Assembly (NCBI GenBank): GCA_965200535.1
Contig: CBDAUF010000002.1
Location: forward strand, 403,995-467,994
Length of the DNA: 64,000 nt
From: Alphaproteobacteria bacterium
Lineage (GTDB): Bacteria > Pseudomonadota > Alphaproteobacteria > MPNO01
Direction: 5' to 3'
Numbering within the stretch: the stretch's first letter is position 1; every line of letters begins with the position of its first letter. The notes beneath the pieces were generated by a model. It ran no database searches. It was not told where the DNA came from and saw nothing but the letters and a program-made list of their open reading frames with translations. Below, piece by piece: positions 1-9,155 of the stretch. Made by a program: the position numbers and the translations under genes.

Positions 1-1
1 G

Positions 2-325
2 ATGCAGATCAGCGGCAGCCTGACCCTCCTGTTCGTGTTCGCCGCGCTCTACGGCTTCCTCAACTTCGCCGCCATGCCCGTCATCGCGCACATTATCGCA
101 AGCCGCATGGGGGTCGGCGTGATCGGCCTCGCGATGGGGATCATCTTCGGCGGGCACTGGCTGGGCGCGGCCATCGGCGCCTATCTCGGCGGTGCGTTCT
201 ACACCCTGTGGGCGCGCTACGACGAACTCTGGATCGTCGCCGCGCTGGCGGTCGCCGCCGCCGGCTGCCTGTCGCTGTTCGTGCCCGAGGACCGGGAAAG
301 AGGGCCGGCGCTGCAACCGGCATGA
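2..325 (+). CDS. MFS-type transporter, C-terminal fragment (5' end lies outside the window)
   Basis: The ORF is open to the window edge. The translation is hydrophobic and TM-helix-like (LTLLFVFAALYGFLNF, GVIGLAMGIIFGG). Its stop overlaps the next start (ATGA at 322-325). Confidence 0.5.
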   Translation: MQISGSLTLLFVFAALYGFLNFAAMPVIAHIIASRMGVGVIGLAMGIIFGGHWLGAAIGAYLGGAFYTLWARYDELWIVAALAVAAAGCLSLFVPEDRERGPALQPA

Positions 326-1251
326 CCCGCCGCCCCATCGCTTCTCTGGCGGCCGGCGACGGCATAGCCCACGTCCTGATGGCGCTGGCGGCGCTGATAT
401 TCGCGCTCAACTACGTGATCGGCCGCTGGGCCGCCGGGGAGGTCGCGCCCTACACGCTGGGCTTTACCCGCTGGACGGTTGGCGCCCTCGTTCTCCTGCC
501 CTTCGCCTGGCAGCCCATTTGGCGCGACAGGGCGCTGCTCCGCCGGCACTGGAAACTGTTCTGCCTGCTCGGTTTCCTGATGCCGCTGATGGGCGCCGGG
601 ATCACCTATGTCGCGCTCAATTACACCACCGCGATCAACGGCGGGGTGATCCAGACGTCGCTGCCGGTGCTGATCCTGGTCCTCGCCTGGATCGTCCTCG
701 GCGAGCGCGCCACCCGCCTGCAGGCGTTCGGCGTCGTCCTCGCCGCCGCCGGTCTGCTCTACATGGTTTCGCGCGGCGATCCGGCGGTACTGCTCGGCCT
801 CGCCTTCAACCGGGGCGATGCGGTGCTGCTGCTCTGCAACCTGTGCCTGGCGGGCTACGGCGTGGCGGCGCGCCTGATGCCGCGGGAGGTCCATACCCTG
901 ACGCTGCTGACGACGGTCTGCGCGGTCGGCGCGGCCTGCCACGTCCCCTTCTTCGCCGTCGAACTGGTCGAGGAGGGGCTCCCTCCGGCCAGCACGAGGG
1001 CCGTCGTCTCGCTGGCGTTCGTCGCGATCTTCCCCTCCGTCGTCGCCATCCTCGGCTGGAACACTGCCATCGCCCGGCTCGGGTCCTCGCGCGCCGGGTT
1101 CTACATGTATCTGGTGCCCGTCTTCTCGGCGGCGATAAGCGTCCCCTTCCTCGGCGAAACGCTGAGCGCCTACCACCTGATCGGGGCGGCGCTCATCGTC
1201 GCCGGCGTCACCGTGTCCTCGCGCAAGCCGAGGGCCGGCGGGGCGGGGTAG
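322..1251 (+). CDS. EamA/DMT-family permease
   Basis: About 10 predicted TM segments in a duplicated EamA-like layout. ATG 322 is in frame inside track ORF 208..1251 and overlaps the upstream stop. Confidence 0.75.
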   Translation: MTRRPIASLAAGDGIAHVLMALAALIFALNYVIGRWAAGEVAPYTLGFTRWTVGALVLLPFAWQPIWRDRALLRRHWKLFCLLGFLMPLMGAGITYVALNYTTAINGGVIQTSLPVLILVLAWIVLGERATRLQAFGVVLAAAGLLYMVSRGDPAVLLGLAFNRGDAVLLLCNLCLAGYGVAARLMPREVHTLTLLTTVCAVGAACHVPFFAVELVEEGLPPASTRAVVSLAFVAIFPSVVAILGWNTAIARLGSSRAGFYMYLVPVFSAAISVPFLGETLSAYHLIGAALIVAGVTVSSRKPRAGGAG

Positions 1252-1345
1252 GCGCGGCGTCGAACGGACGGTGGCGGGGTGTGGCGTCCGCCCCGGTTGG
1301 GTCTACAATCGAACCGTCGCCGGGACGGATCGAAGGAGGCGCGCC

Positions 1346-2497
1346 ATGCAGGGGCACAAGGACCGGATTCTCACCACTCACGTCGGCAGCCTGCCGCGCA
1401 CCGTCGAGGTGCTCGATGCGATGAAGGCGAGGCACGAGGGCGAACCGTACGACGAAGACGCGTACAGGCGGAAAATCCGCACCGGCGTCGCGGACATCGT
1501 CAGACGCCAGATCGATCTCGGCATCGACGTGGTCGCCGACGGCGAGATGTCGAAGACCGGTTTCTTCGCGTATATCGAGGAGAGAATCGAGGGTTTCGAG
1601 CCCCGGCGGGACGAGAAATACAACCTCTTCGCAGCCGAGACCGCGGCGTTTCCCGAGTACTACGCCGAGTATTTCGCCCGCGTCATGATGGGCGGCGCGA
1701 TCGTGGCGATGGCCCCGATGTACCGTGTCGGCCCGGTTTCCTACAGGGGCGGGGCCGCGCTCGCCCGCGATCTCGACAACCTCAAGGCGGCGCTTGCCGA
1801 CATATCCTGTCACGACGCCTTCGTGCCCGCGATCTCGCCGGCGGGCGTCGGCTACAACGCCTATTACCGGACCGAGGAAGAATACGCGGCCGCCGTCGCC
1901 GAGGCGCTCAGGACCGAGTATCTGGCGATCGTCGAGGCGGGTTTCCTGCTGCAGGTGGACGATCCGTTCCTCTGCGACATCCTCGTCGACCCGGCGCTGG
2001 ACGAGACGGCGAAAGACCGCAAGTCGCGGCTCTATGTCGAGGCTCTGAACCACGCGCTGCGCGGCATCCCGGAGGAGCGGATCCGCTATCACACCTGCTA
2101 CGGCATCAACGAGGGGCCGCGCATCTACGAAGCGCCGATGGACGAGGTATGCAGATACATGCTCGACATCCGCGCCGGCAGCTATTCCTTCGAGGCGGCC
2201 AACCCGCGCCACGAGCACGAGTACCATATCTGGGAGGACATCGAACTTCCCGACGGCAAGGCGCTGATCCCCGGCGTCATCACCCACGCCAGCAACATCG
2301 TCGAGCACCCGGCCCTGATCGCCGAGCGCCTGGTGCGCTACGCCGAGCGCGTCGGCCGGGAAAATGTGCTCGCCGGCGGCGACTGCGGCTTTTCTTCCCA
2401 GGCCTGCTACCACACCGAGGTTCATCCGACCGTCATATGGGCCAAGTTCGAAGCGATGGCCGAAGGCGCCCGCTTGGCGACGGAGCAGCTCTGGTAG
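1346..2497 (+). CDS. Cobalamin-independent methionine synthase II-like (MetE C-terminal / Meth_synt_2 family) methyltransferase
   Basis: GAAGGAGG RBS at 1332-1339 precedes ATG 1346. The N-terminus ILTTHVGSLPR and the DGEMSK and CGF motifs are typical of single-domain MetE-like proteins. Confidence 0.7.
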   Translation: MQGHKDRILTTHVGSLPRTVEVLDAMKARHEGEPYDEDAYRRKIRTGVADIVRRQIDLGIDVVADGEMSKTGFFAYIEERIEGFEPRRDEKYNLFAAETAAFPEYYAEYFARVMMGGAIVAMAPMYRVGPVSYRGGAALARDLDNLKAALADISCHDAFVPAISPAGVGYNAYYRTEEEYAAAVAEALRTEYLAIVEAGFLLQVDDPFLCDILVDPALDETAKDRKSRLYVEALNHALRGIPEERIRYHTCYGINEGPRIYEAPMDEVCRYMLDIRAGSYSFEAANPRHEHEYHIWEDIELPDGKALIPGVITHASNIVEHPALIAERLVRYAERVGRENVLAGGDCGFSSQACYHTEVHPTVIWAKFEAMAEGARLATEQLW

Positions 2498-2544
2498 GGG
2501 CGGCGGACGCCGGCGCCGTGCGCGGCCGCCGTCCTCTGGCCCGG

Positions 2545-2573
2545 TTGCCCCGCACCGCGCCGGTTGCTATATC
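2545..2573 (+). promoter_or_regulatory. Putative sigma70-type promoter of ahcY (TTGCCC-17 nt-TATATC)
   Basis: Hexamers at 2545-2550 and 2568-2573 with a 17-nt spacer, about 48 nt upstream of the ahcY ATG. Pattern match only. Confidence 0.3.
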
Positions 2574-2620
2574 GCGCCGCCCGCCCTGCCGATGAAAACC
2601 GCCCGAACCGGGGAATGCGC

Positions 2621-3916
2621 ATGAGTGCAGCAGACGATTTCAAGGTCGCCGATCCTTCCCTCGCCGACTGGGGGCGCAAGGAAATCGCCATCGCCGAGAC
2701 GGAGATGCCCGGGCTGATGGCGCTCCGCGCCGAGTTCGGTGCCGCCAAGCCGCTCGCCGACGCGCGCATCGCCGGCTGCCTGCACATGACCGTCCAGACC
2801 GCCGTCCTGATCGAGACCCTGACCGCGCTGGGCGCCACCGTGCGGTGGAGTTCGTGCAACATCTTCTCGACCCAGGATCATGCCGCCGCCGCGATCGCCG
2901 CCGCCGGCGTTCCCGTGTTCGCCTGGAAGGGCATGTCGGAGGACGAGTTCTGGTGGGCGATCGACCGCACCGTCGAAGGGCCCGACGGCTGGCACCCCAA
3001 CCTACTGCTCGACGACGGCGGCGACCTGACGAAGGTGATGCACGAGAAGTTCCCCGCCCTGCTCGACGGCGTCCTCGGTCTGTCGGAAGAGACCACCACC
3101 GGGGTCCACCGGCTCTACGAGATGGCGCAGAACGGGACGCTCCGGGTGCCCGCGATCAACGTCAACGATTCGGTGACCAAGTCGAAGTTCGACAATCTCT
3201 ACGGCTGCCGCGAGAGCCTGGTCGACGGGATCAAGCGGGCGACCGATGTCATGGTCGCCGGCAAGACCGCCGTGGTGTGCGGTTTCGGCGATGTCGGCAA
3301 GGGCTCCGCCGCCTCGCTCCGCAACCAGGGCGCGCGCGTCGTCGTCACCGAGATCGACCCCATCTGCGCCCTGCAGGCGGCGATGGAGGGCTACGAGGTG
3401 CGGACGATGGACGAGGCCGCCCCGGCGGGCGATATCTTCGTCACCTGCACCGGCAATATCGATGTGATCACGCTCGACCACATGCGGGCGATGAAGGACC
3501 GGGCGATCGTCTGCAACATCGGACATTTCGACAGCGAGATCCAGATCGCCGCGCTGCGCAACTACCGGTGGGAGAACGTCAAGCCGCAGGTCGACGAGAT
3601 CGAGTTTCCCGACGGCAAGCGGCTGATCGTCCTCGCCGAGGGCAGGCTGGTGAATCTTGGCTGCGCGACCGGGCATCCGAGCTTCGTCATGAGCGCGTCC
3701 TTCACCAACCAGGTGCTCGCGCAGATCGAGCTGTGGCAGAACCACGGGGACTACGGCAACGAGGTCTATGTCCTGCCCAAGCGGCTCGACGAGAAGGTCG
3801 CGGCGCTCCACCTCGACAAGCTCGGGGTCAAGCTGACCGAGCTGACGCCGCAGCAGGCGGAGTATCTCGGCCTCGACAGGGGCGGGCCGTTCAAGCCCGA
3901 ATACTACCGCTACTGA
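2621..3916 (+). CDS. ahcY: S-adenosyl-L-homocysteine hydrolase (adenosylhomocysteinase)
   Basis: The N-terminus [29 protein letters not shown], the NAD-binding segment [10 protein letters not shown] and the C-terminus PFKPEYYRY are all hallmarks of AhcY. Confidence 0.95.
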   Translation: MSAADDFKVADPSLADWGRKEIAIAETEMPGLMALRAEFGAAKPLADARIAGCLHMTVQTAVLIETLTALGATVRWSSCNIFSTQDHAAAAIAAAGVPVFAWKGMSEDEFWWAIDRTVEGPDGWHPNLLLDDGGDLTKVMHEKFPALLDGVLGLSEETTTGVHRLYEMAQNGTLRVPAINVNDSVTKSKFDNLYGCRESLVDGIKRATDVMVAGKTAVVCGFGDVGKGSAASLRNQGARVVVTEIDPICALQAAMEGYEVRTMDEAAPAGDIFVTCTGNIDVITLDHMRAMKDRAIVCNIGHFDSEIQIAALRNYRWENVKPQVDEIEFPDGKRLIVLAEGRLVNLGCATGHPSFVMSASFTNQVLAQIELWQNHGDYGNEVYVLPKRLDEKVAALHLDKLGVKLTELTPQQAEYLGLDRGGPFKPEYYRY

Positions 3917-3969
3917 GGCCGGTTTGCGCCTGCTTGCCGGCCGCGGCTGCGGTCGGTAGAACCGCTGCC

Positions 3970-4494
3970 ATGCCGGCGTCCCCGCTGTCCGAGGCGCCCC
4001 CGTCCGCCGCGCCCGTCTGTCTCGCCCTCCCCGATCCGGGCGCCACCCGGGCGCTCGCCGGCGCGCTCGCCGGCGCCGCCCGGACGGGCGATACGATCGG
4101 GCTCGCGGGTCCGGTCGGCGCCGGCAAGACAGTCTTCGCCCGCGCCTTCGTCAACGCCCGGTCGGCAGCGGCCGGGTCCGGGCCGGTCGAAGTCCCGAGC
4201 CCGACCTTCACCCTCGTCCAGCCCTACGATATCGGCGACGACACCGTGTACCATTTCGACCTCTACCGCCTCGAAGCGCCCGAGGATGCGTTCGAGCTCG
4301 GCATCGAGGATGCCTTCGCAACCGGCATTTCGCTGGTTGAGTGGCCGGAAAGGCTGGGCCCGCTGCTGCCCCGCGATGCGCTCGTTATCGTTCTCCGTCA
4401 GGGGGCCGGCGTCGACGCTCGGGAAGCCGCGGTCGAGGCCGGTCCCGGCTGGCGGGAGCGGATCGGAGGGGCGCTTGCACGCTTCCGCGCGTAG
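3970..4494 (+). CDS. tsaE: tRNA t6A37 biosynthesis ATPase TsaE
   Basis: P-loop GPVGAGKT plus the SPTFTLV and HFDLYRL motifs. ATG 3970 is in frame in the terminal part of track ORF 2845..4494. Confidence 0.85.
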   Translation: MPASPLSEAPPSAAPVCLALPDPGATRALAGALAGAARTGDTIGLAGPVGAGKTVFARAFVNARSAAAGSGPVEVPSPTFTLVQPYDIGDDTVYHFDLYRLEAPEDAFELGIEDAFATGISLVEWPERLGPLLPRDALVIVLRQGAGVDAREAAVEAGPGWRERIGGALARFRA

Positions 4495-5485
4495 CCGCGA
4501 GATCGACCGCTTCCTGGCCCGTGCGGGCTGGTGCGGCGCCGCGGTCGAACCGCTGGCTGCCGACGCCTCGTTCCGCCGCTATTTCAGGGTCAGGCGGGGC
4601 GGGGAGACGGCGGTGGTCATGGATGCCCCGCCCGGCCGCGAGCCGGTCGAACCCTTCGCCGCCATGGCTCGCCACCTCCTCGATCTCGGTTTCAGTGCGC
4701 CCCGGATCGCGGCGGAAGATCCGTCGGCCGGGTTTCTGCTGCTCGAGGATCTGGGCGACGACACCTTCACCCGGCTGCTCGACCGCGGCGCGGACGAGGC
4801 CGCCCTCTACGCGCTCGCCGTGGATACGTTGATCGCGCTCCACCGCCGTCCGGATGCGGTCCCGCCCCGGCTTCCGTCCTATTCGGACGATCTCCTGCTG
4901 GCCGAGGCGGCGCATCTGATCGACTGGTACGCACCCGCCGTCGGCGCGCCGATCGACGAGGCACGACGGTCCGACTACCGCGAGCGCTGGCGCGCGGCCT
5001 TCGCCGAGGCCCGCGCGGTTCCGGAGACCCTGGTGCTGCGCGACTTCCACGTCGATAACCTGATGCGGCTCGACGGCCGGCCGGAGGCCGCCGCCTGCGG
5101 ACTGGTCGATTTCCAGGACGCGGTGTCGGGCCCGGCGAGCTACGACTTCGTGTCGCTCGTTCAGGATGCGCGGCGGGATGTCGCACCGACGCTCGCCCGT
5201 GCGCTGCGCGACCGTTACCTCGCGGCTTTCCCCGATCTCGACCCGGAAGCGTTCGACCGTTCGTGCGCGGTCCTCGGCGCACAGCGGCACTGCAAGGTGA
5301 TCGGCATCTTCACGCGGCTGTCCCGGCGCGACGGGAAGGACGGCTACCTGCGCCATATTCCGCGGGTCTGGCGCTTGCTCGAGGGTGCCGCAGCGCATCC
5401 GGCACTCGATCACGTGCGCGGCTGGCTGGACGAGGCGATTCCGCCCGCCATGCGCACCGTCCCGCGCGCGGGGACGGCCGCGTGA
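4475..5485 (+). CDS. amgK: Aminoglycoside-phosphotransferase-fold kinase, likely anomeric MurNAc/GlcNAc kinase AmgK
   Basis: APH catalytic loop DFHVDNLM and the VDFQDA motif. A TTG start at 4475 follows a GGAGGG RBS (4465-4470). The gene lies directly upstream of a MurU-like gene. Confidence 0.6.
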   Translation: MHASARSREIDRFLARAGWCGAAVEPLAADASFRRYFRVRRGGETAVVMDAPPGREPVEPFAAMARHLLDLGFSAPRIAAEDPSAGFLLLEDLGDDTFTRLLDRGADEAALYALAVDTLIALHRRPDAVPPRLPSYSDDLLLAEAAHLIDWYAPAVGAPIDEARRSDYRERWRAAFAEARAVPETLVLRDFHVDNLMRLDGRPEAAACGLVDFQDAVSGPASYDFVSLVQDARRDVAPTLARALRDRYLAAFPDLDPEAFDRSCAVLGAQRHCKVIGIFTRLSRRDGKDGYLRHIPRVWRLLEGAAAHPALDHVRGWLDEAIPPAMRTVPRAGTAA

Positions 5486-6216
5486 GGCCGCGCCGGGCAA
5501 TGGTGCTGGCCGCCGGCCTCGGCAAGCGCATGCGCCCGCTGACCGACAGCGTGCCCAAGCCGCTGATCGAGGTCGGCGGGCGGACGATGCTGGACCGCGT
5601 CCTCGACCGGCTGGAAGCGTTCGGGATCGAAGAGGCGGTGGTCAACACCCATCACCTCGGCGAGCGGATCGAGGCCCGTCTGGCCGCCCGCCAGAGCCCG
5701 GGCACAGTCGTCAGCCGCGAGGAGACCCTGCTGGAAACCGGCGGCGGGGTGGCCGGCGCACTCGACCGGCTGGGCTCCGCCCCGTTCTTCGCGCTCAACG
5801 CCGACATCGTCTGGCTCGACGGGCCGACGCCGGCGCTCGAACGCCTTGCGCAGGCCTGGGACGACCGGACGATGAGCGCGCTCCTGCTGATGAGCCGCTG
5901 CGTCGGCGCCCACGGCTATACCGGCCGCGGCGATTATTTCATGGACACCTTCGGCGTCCTCCGACGGCGCTCGACCCACGAGGTTTCCCCTTACGTTTTC
6001 TCCGGCGTGCAGCTCCTCCATCCGCGCCTGTTCGAGGGTGCGCCGAACGGACCGTTCTCGCTCAACCGGCTCTACGACCGGGCCGAGGAAGGCGGACGCC
6101 TGTTCGGCATCGTCCATGACGGCGAATGGTTTCATATCGGCACTCCGGTGGCGCTCAAGACCGCCGAAGACCGGCTGCTCGGCCGGCCGGGCGCGCACGA
6201 CTTCCACGTTGGATGA
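5482..6216 (+). CDS. murU: Sugar-1-phosphate nucleotidyltransferase, likely MurNAc-1-P uridylyltransferase MurU
   Basis: N-terminal LAAGLGKRMRPLTDSVPKPL signature. The GTG start overlaps the amgK stop (GTGA at 5482-5485). Confidence 0.65.
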   Translation: MRPRRAMVLAAGLGKRMRPLTDSVPKPLIEVGGRTMLDRVLDRLEAFGIEEAVVNTHHLGERIEARLAARQSPGTVVSREETLLETGGGVAGALDRLGSAPFFALNADIVWLDGPTPALERLAQAWDDRTMSALLLMSRCVGAHGYTGRGDYFMDTFGVLRRRSTHEVSPYVFSGVQLLHPRLFEGAPNGPFSLNRLYDRAEEGGRLFGIVHDGEWFHIGTPVALKTAEDRLLGRPGAHDFHVG

Positions 6217-9155
6217 CTCGCATGGCGGCAGACCGGCAGCGCGTCTTCACCATCCCCGCCGGGACCTCCTTTCTCGACGCCCTGGCGCGCGGCCTGCTGA
6301 CGGCGGCCGGCGGCCGGGAGGCGGCGCGGACGACAGTGCTGCTGCCCAACCGGCGGGCCTGCCGCGAGCTTGTCGAGGCCGTGTTGCGGGTCAGCCCCGC
6401 GAAGACGCATTTGCTGCCGGCGATCCTGCCGATCGGAGATGTCGAGATCGACGAGGAGCTGGACGCCGGAGACACCGCCGCGCCGGCCGTGCTCGACCCG
6501 CCGCCGGCGATCCCGGCGCTTCGCCGCCAGCTCCTGCTCGCCGAGCTGGTCGGCGCCCGCGGGGAGTCGCCCGGCGGCGGCGATCCGGCGCGCGCGGCGG
6601 GTCTCGCCTTCGAACTCGCCCGCTTCCTCGATCAGGTGGAGACCGAGGGACTCGGTTTCGACCGGCTCGCCGGCCTGGCGCCGGAAACGCTCGCCGCGCA
6701 CTGGCAGATCACACTCGATTTCCTGCGCATCGTGACCGACCACTGGCCGGCGGTGCTCGCCGCGGAGGGCGCGGTCGGCCCCGCCGAGCGGCGCAATCGG
6801 CTGATCGAGGCCCGAATCGCGGCCTGGCGCGCCGCCCCGCCGGACGGGAAGGTCATCCTTGCCGGCTCGACCGGGAGCGTGCCCGCGACGCGCGCCCTGA
6901 TGGCTGCCGTCGCCGAACTGCCCGACGGCGCGGTGGTCCTCCCGGGGCTCGACCGGACGCTCGAACCGGCAGTCTGGGATGCGCTCGATGCGAGCCATCC
7001 GCAGTACGGCCTCAAGCTCGTCCTCGAAGCTCTCGGTGTCGAGCCCGCCGATGTCGCGCTCTGGCCGGGTGCGCCGCCGCCGCGGCGCGCGGCCGCCCGC
7101 GCCCGTCTGCTCGCCGCCGCCATGCGTCCCGCCGGGACCGAAGCGCCGCCGCTCGACGAGGCCGCGCAGGACGCTGCGCTCGACGGCGTTTGCCGCATCG
7201 ACTGCGCCGGCGCGCGGGAAGAGGCGGCGACCATCGCGCTCCTGTTGCGCGAGACGCTGGAGAGCGCGGGCAAGACGGCGGCGTTGGTTACGCCCGACCG
7301 TTCGCTCGCCCGACGGGTCGCTGCCGAACTGCTGCGCTGGGGAATCGAGATCGACGATTCGGGCGGCACGGATCTTGCCCGGACGCCGCCCGGCGCGTTT
7401 CTCCGGCTTCTCGCCCGGGCGCTCGCCGACCGCTGGGCGCCGGTCTCGCTGCTGTCGGTGCTCAAGCATCCGCTGGCCGCCGGCGGGATGGCGGTCGGGG
7501 ATTTCCGCGCCCGCGTGCGGGCGCTCGAACGCGGGGCGCTTCGCGGCCCGCGCCCGGCGCCGGGTGCCCGGGGTCTCCGGCTGGCGCTGGCCGGAAACCC
7601 GGGACTGGCCGCATGGGTGGACGCGCTCGCCGCCGCGGCGGCGCCGCTCGACAGTCTCGTTGCGGGCGGCGGGAAGGTCGGTGTCGCGGCCCTGGTCGAC
7701 GCCCATGTCGCCGCCGCCGAGCGGTTGGCGGCGAGCGCCGACGCTGGCGGCGCGGAGCGTTTGTGGGCCGGGGAAAACGGTGCCGCGGCGGCGTCCTTCA
7801 TGGATGAGCTCGCGGGTGCGGCGCGCGGTCTGCCGCCGGTCGAGGGGCGTGCCTGGCCCGACCTGCTCGATACCCTGATGCGCGGCCGTGCGGTCCGGCC
7901 GCGCTACGGTCGCCATCCGCGTCTTCGGATCCTGGGTGTGCTCGAAGCCCGTCTCCAGAGCGCCGACCGCCTGGTCCTGGGCGGGCTGAACGAGGGGGTC
8001 TGGCCGGCCCATCCGCCGACCGACCCGTGGATGGGCCGGCCGATGCGCGAGGCCTTCGGGTTGCCCCCGCACGAACGCCGGATCGGGCTCGCTGCGCACG
8101 ACTTCACCCAGTTCTTCTCCGCAGACGAGGTGTTCCTGACCCGCGCCGTACGGATGGCGGGCACGCCCACCGTCCCCTCGCGTTGGTTGATGCGCCTTGA
8201 CAATGCGCTGGGCGACCGCGTCGCCGAGTTCTCCCGGGGGGCGCGGCGATGGACCGGCTGGCAGGCGATGCTCGACCGGCCGGCCGAATACGAACAGATC
8301 CAGGCGCCGGCGCCAGCCCCGCCGGTCGAGGTGCGCCCGCGCCGGCTGTCCGTGACCCAGGTCGAAACCCTGATCCGCGACCCCTACGCGGTCTATGCCC
8401 GCCGCATCCTGGGTCTCGTCCCGCTCGATCCCTTGGACGCTGACCCGGGCGCGGCCGATCGCGGCCGGTTCGTCCACGGCGCGCTCGACCGGTTCCTGCA
8501 CGCCTTCCCGGACACTCTGCCGGCCGACGCCTATGACCGTTTGATCGCCTTCGGCCGCGACGAACTCCGCGAGATGAGCGAACGGCCCGGGGTGCGCGCC
8601 TTCTGGTGGCCCCGCTTCGAGCGGATCGCGCGCTGGTTCGTCGCCTGCGAGCGCAGCCGCCGGGCGAACATCGCGCAGACCCGGACTGAAATTACCGGCG
8701 AACTCCGGTTCGATGCGCCCGCCGGGCCGTTCACCCTGACCGCCAGGGCCGACCGCATCGATGCGATGGCCGACGGGAGCGTCGAGATCATCGACTACAA
8801 GACGGGGGCGACGCCGTCGCGCAGGGAGGTCCTGACGGGCGCGGCGCCGCAACTGCCTCTCGAAGCCGCGATCCTGGCGGCGGGCGGGTTTGCCGGCCTC
8901 TACGGCGCGCCCGACCCCCGGGCGGCCTACTGGAGACTCACCGGCGGCGATCCTGCCGGGGAAATCGTGGCGATCGACGCCAACCACGCGGCGGCGCGGG
9001 CCGGCCTCGAACGGTTGATCGCCCGTTTCGACGATGCCGAAGTCCCCTACGTGCCGCAGCCGCACGCCGGCCGCGCGCCGGGGTTCAACGACTACGAACA
9101 TCTGGAACGCCTCGCCGAATATGCCCCGGGACGAACCGCGGGGCGGCGACGATGA
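6213..9155 (+). CDS. addB: Double-strand break repair protein AddB (alphaproteobacterial type)
   Basis: About 980 aa with a C-terminal PD-(D/E)XK-like motif (VEIIDYKTG). ATGA overlaps link it to murU and to addA. ATG 6222 is an alternative start. Confidence 0.8.
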   Translation: MTRMAADRQRVFTIPAGTSFLDALARGLLTAAGGREAARTTVLLPNRRACRELVEAVLRVSPAKTHLLPAILPIGDVEIDEELDAGDTAAPAVLDPPPAIPALRRQLLLAELVGARGESPGGGDPARAAGLAFELARFLDQVETEGLGFDRLAGLAPETLAAHWQITLDFLRIVTDHWPAVLAAEGAVGPAERRNRLIEARIAAWRAAPPDGKVILAGSTGSVPATRALMAAVAELPDGAVVLPGLDRTLEPAVWDALDASHPQYGLKLVLEALGVEPADVALWPGAPPPRRAAARARLLAAAMRPAGTEAPPLDEAAQDAALDGVCRIDCAGAREEAATIALLLRETLESAGKTAALVTPDRSLARRVAAELLRWGIEIDDSGGTDLARTPPGAFLRLLARALADRWAPVSLLSVLKHPLAAGGMAVGDFRARVRALERGALRGPRPAPGARGLRLALAGNPGLAAWVDALAAAAAPLDSLVAGGGKVGVAALVDAHVAAAERLAASADAGGAERLWAGENGAAAASFMDELAGAARGLPPVEGRAWPDLLDTLMRGRAVRPRYGRHPRLRILGVLEARLQSADRLVLGGLNEGVWPAHPPTDPWMGRPMREAFGLPPHERRIGLAAHDFTQFFSADEVFLTRAVRMAGTPTVPSRWLMRLDNALGDRVAEFSRGARRWTGWQAMLDRPAEYEQIQAPAPAPPVEVRPRRLSVTQVETLIRDPYAVYARRILGLVPLDPLDADPGAADRGRFVHGALDRFLHAFPDTLPADAYDRLIAFGRDELREMSERPGVRAFWWPRFERIARWFVACERSRRANIAQTRTEITGELRFDAPAGPFTLTARADRIDAMADGSVEIIDYKTGATPSRREVLTGAAPQLPLEAAILAAGGFAGLYGAPDPRAAYWRLTGGDPAGEIVAIDANHAAARAGLERLIARFDDAEVPYVPQPHAGRAPGFNDYEHLERLAEYAPGRTAGRRR

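Noticed and set aside
1252-1345. A possible SAM-II or cobalamin riboswitch upstream of the MetE-like gene.
   Set aside because: The spacer is only 94 nt, which is too short for a cobalamin element. It also lacks the SAM-II AAAGCU-type pseudoknot signature that I recall.
2498-2620. A possible SAH riboswitch upstream of ahcY.
   Set aside because: I could not find the conserved SAH-riboswitch core elements as I remember them, and that class is mainly beta/gamma-proteobacterial. An Rfam RF01057 scan would settle it.
2845-4494. A 549-aa track ORF overlapping ahcY.
   Set aside because: The first 375 codons are out of frame with the unambiguous ahcY gene and are Arg/Pro-rich. Only the C-terminal 174 codons (tsaE, from ATG 3970) are credible.
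6132-9101. Very long antisense ORFs opposite real genes: 6132..9101(-), 9092..12088(-), 14519..16579(-), 26705..28657(-) and 51100..56820(-, 1,906 aa).
   Set aside because: These are typical high-GC artefacts. Their translations are Arg/Pro/Gly/Ala-rich low-complexity sequence with no recognisable motifs. The opposite strand encodes unmistakable proteins (AddB, AddA, EF-G, SecY and the autotransporter).
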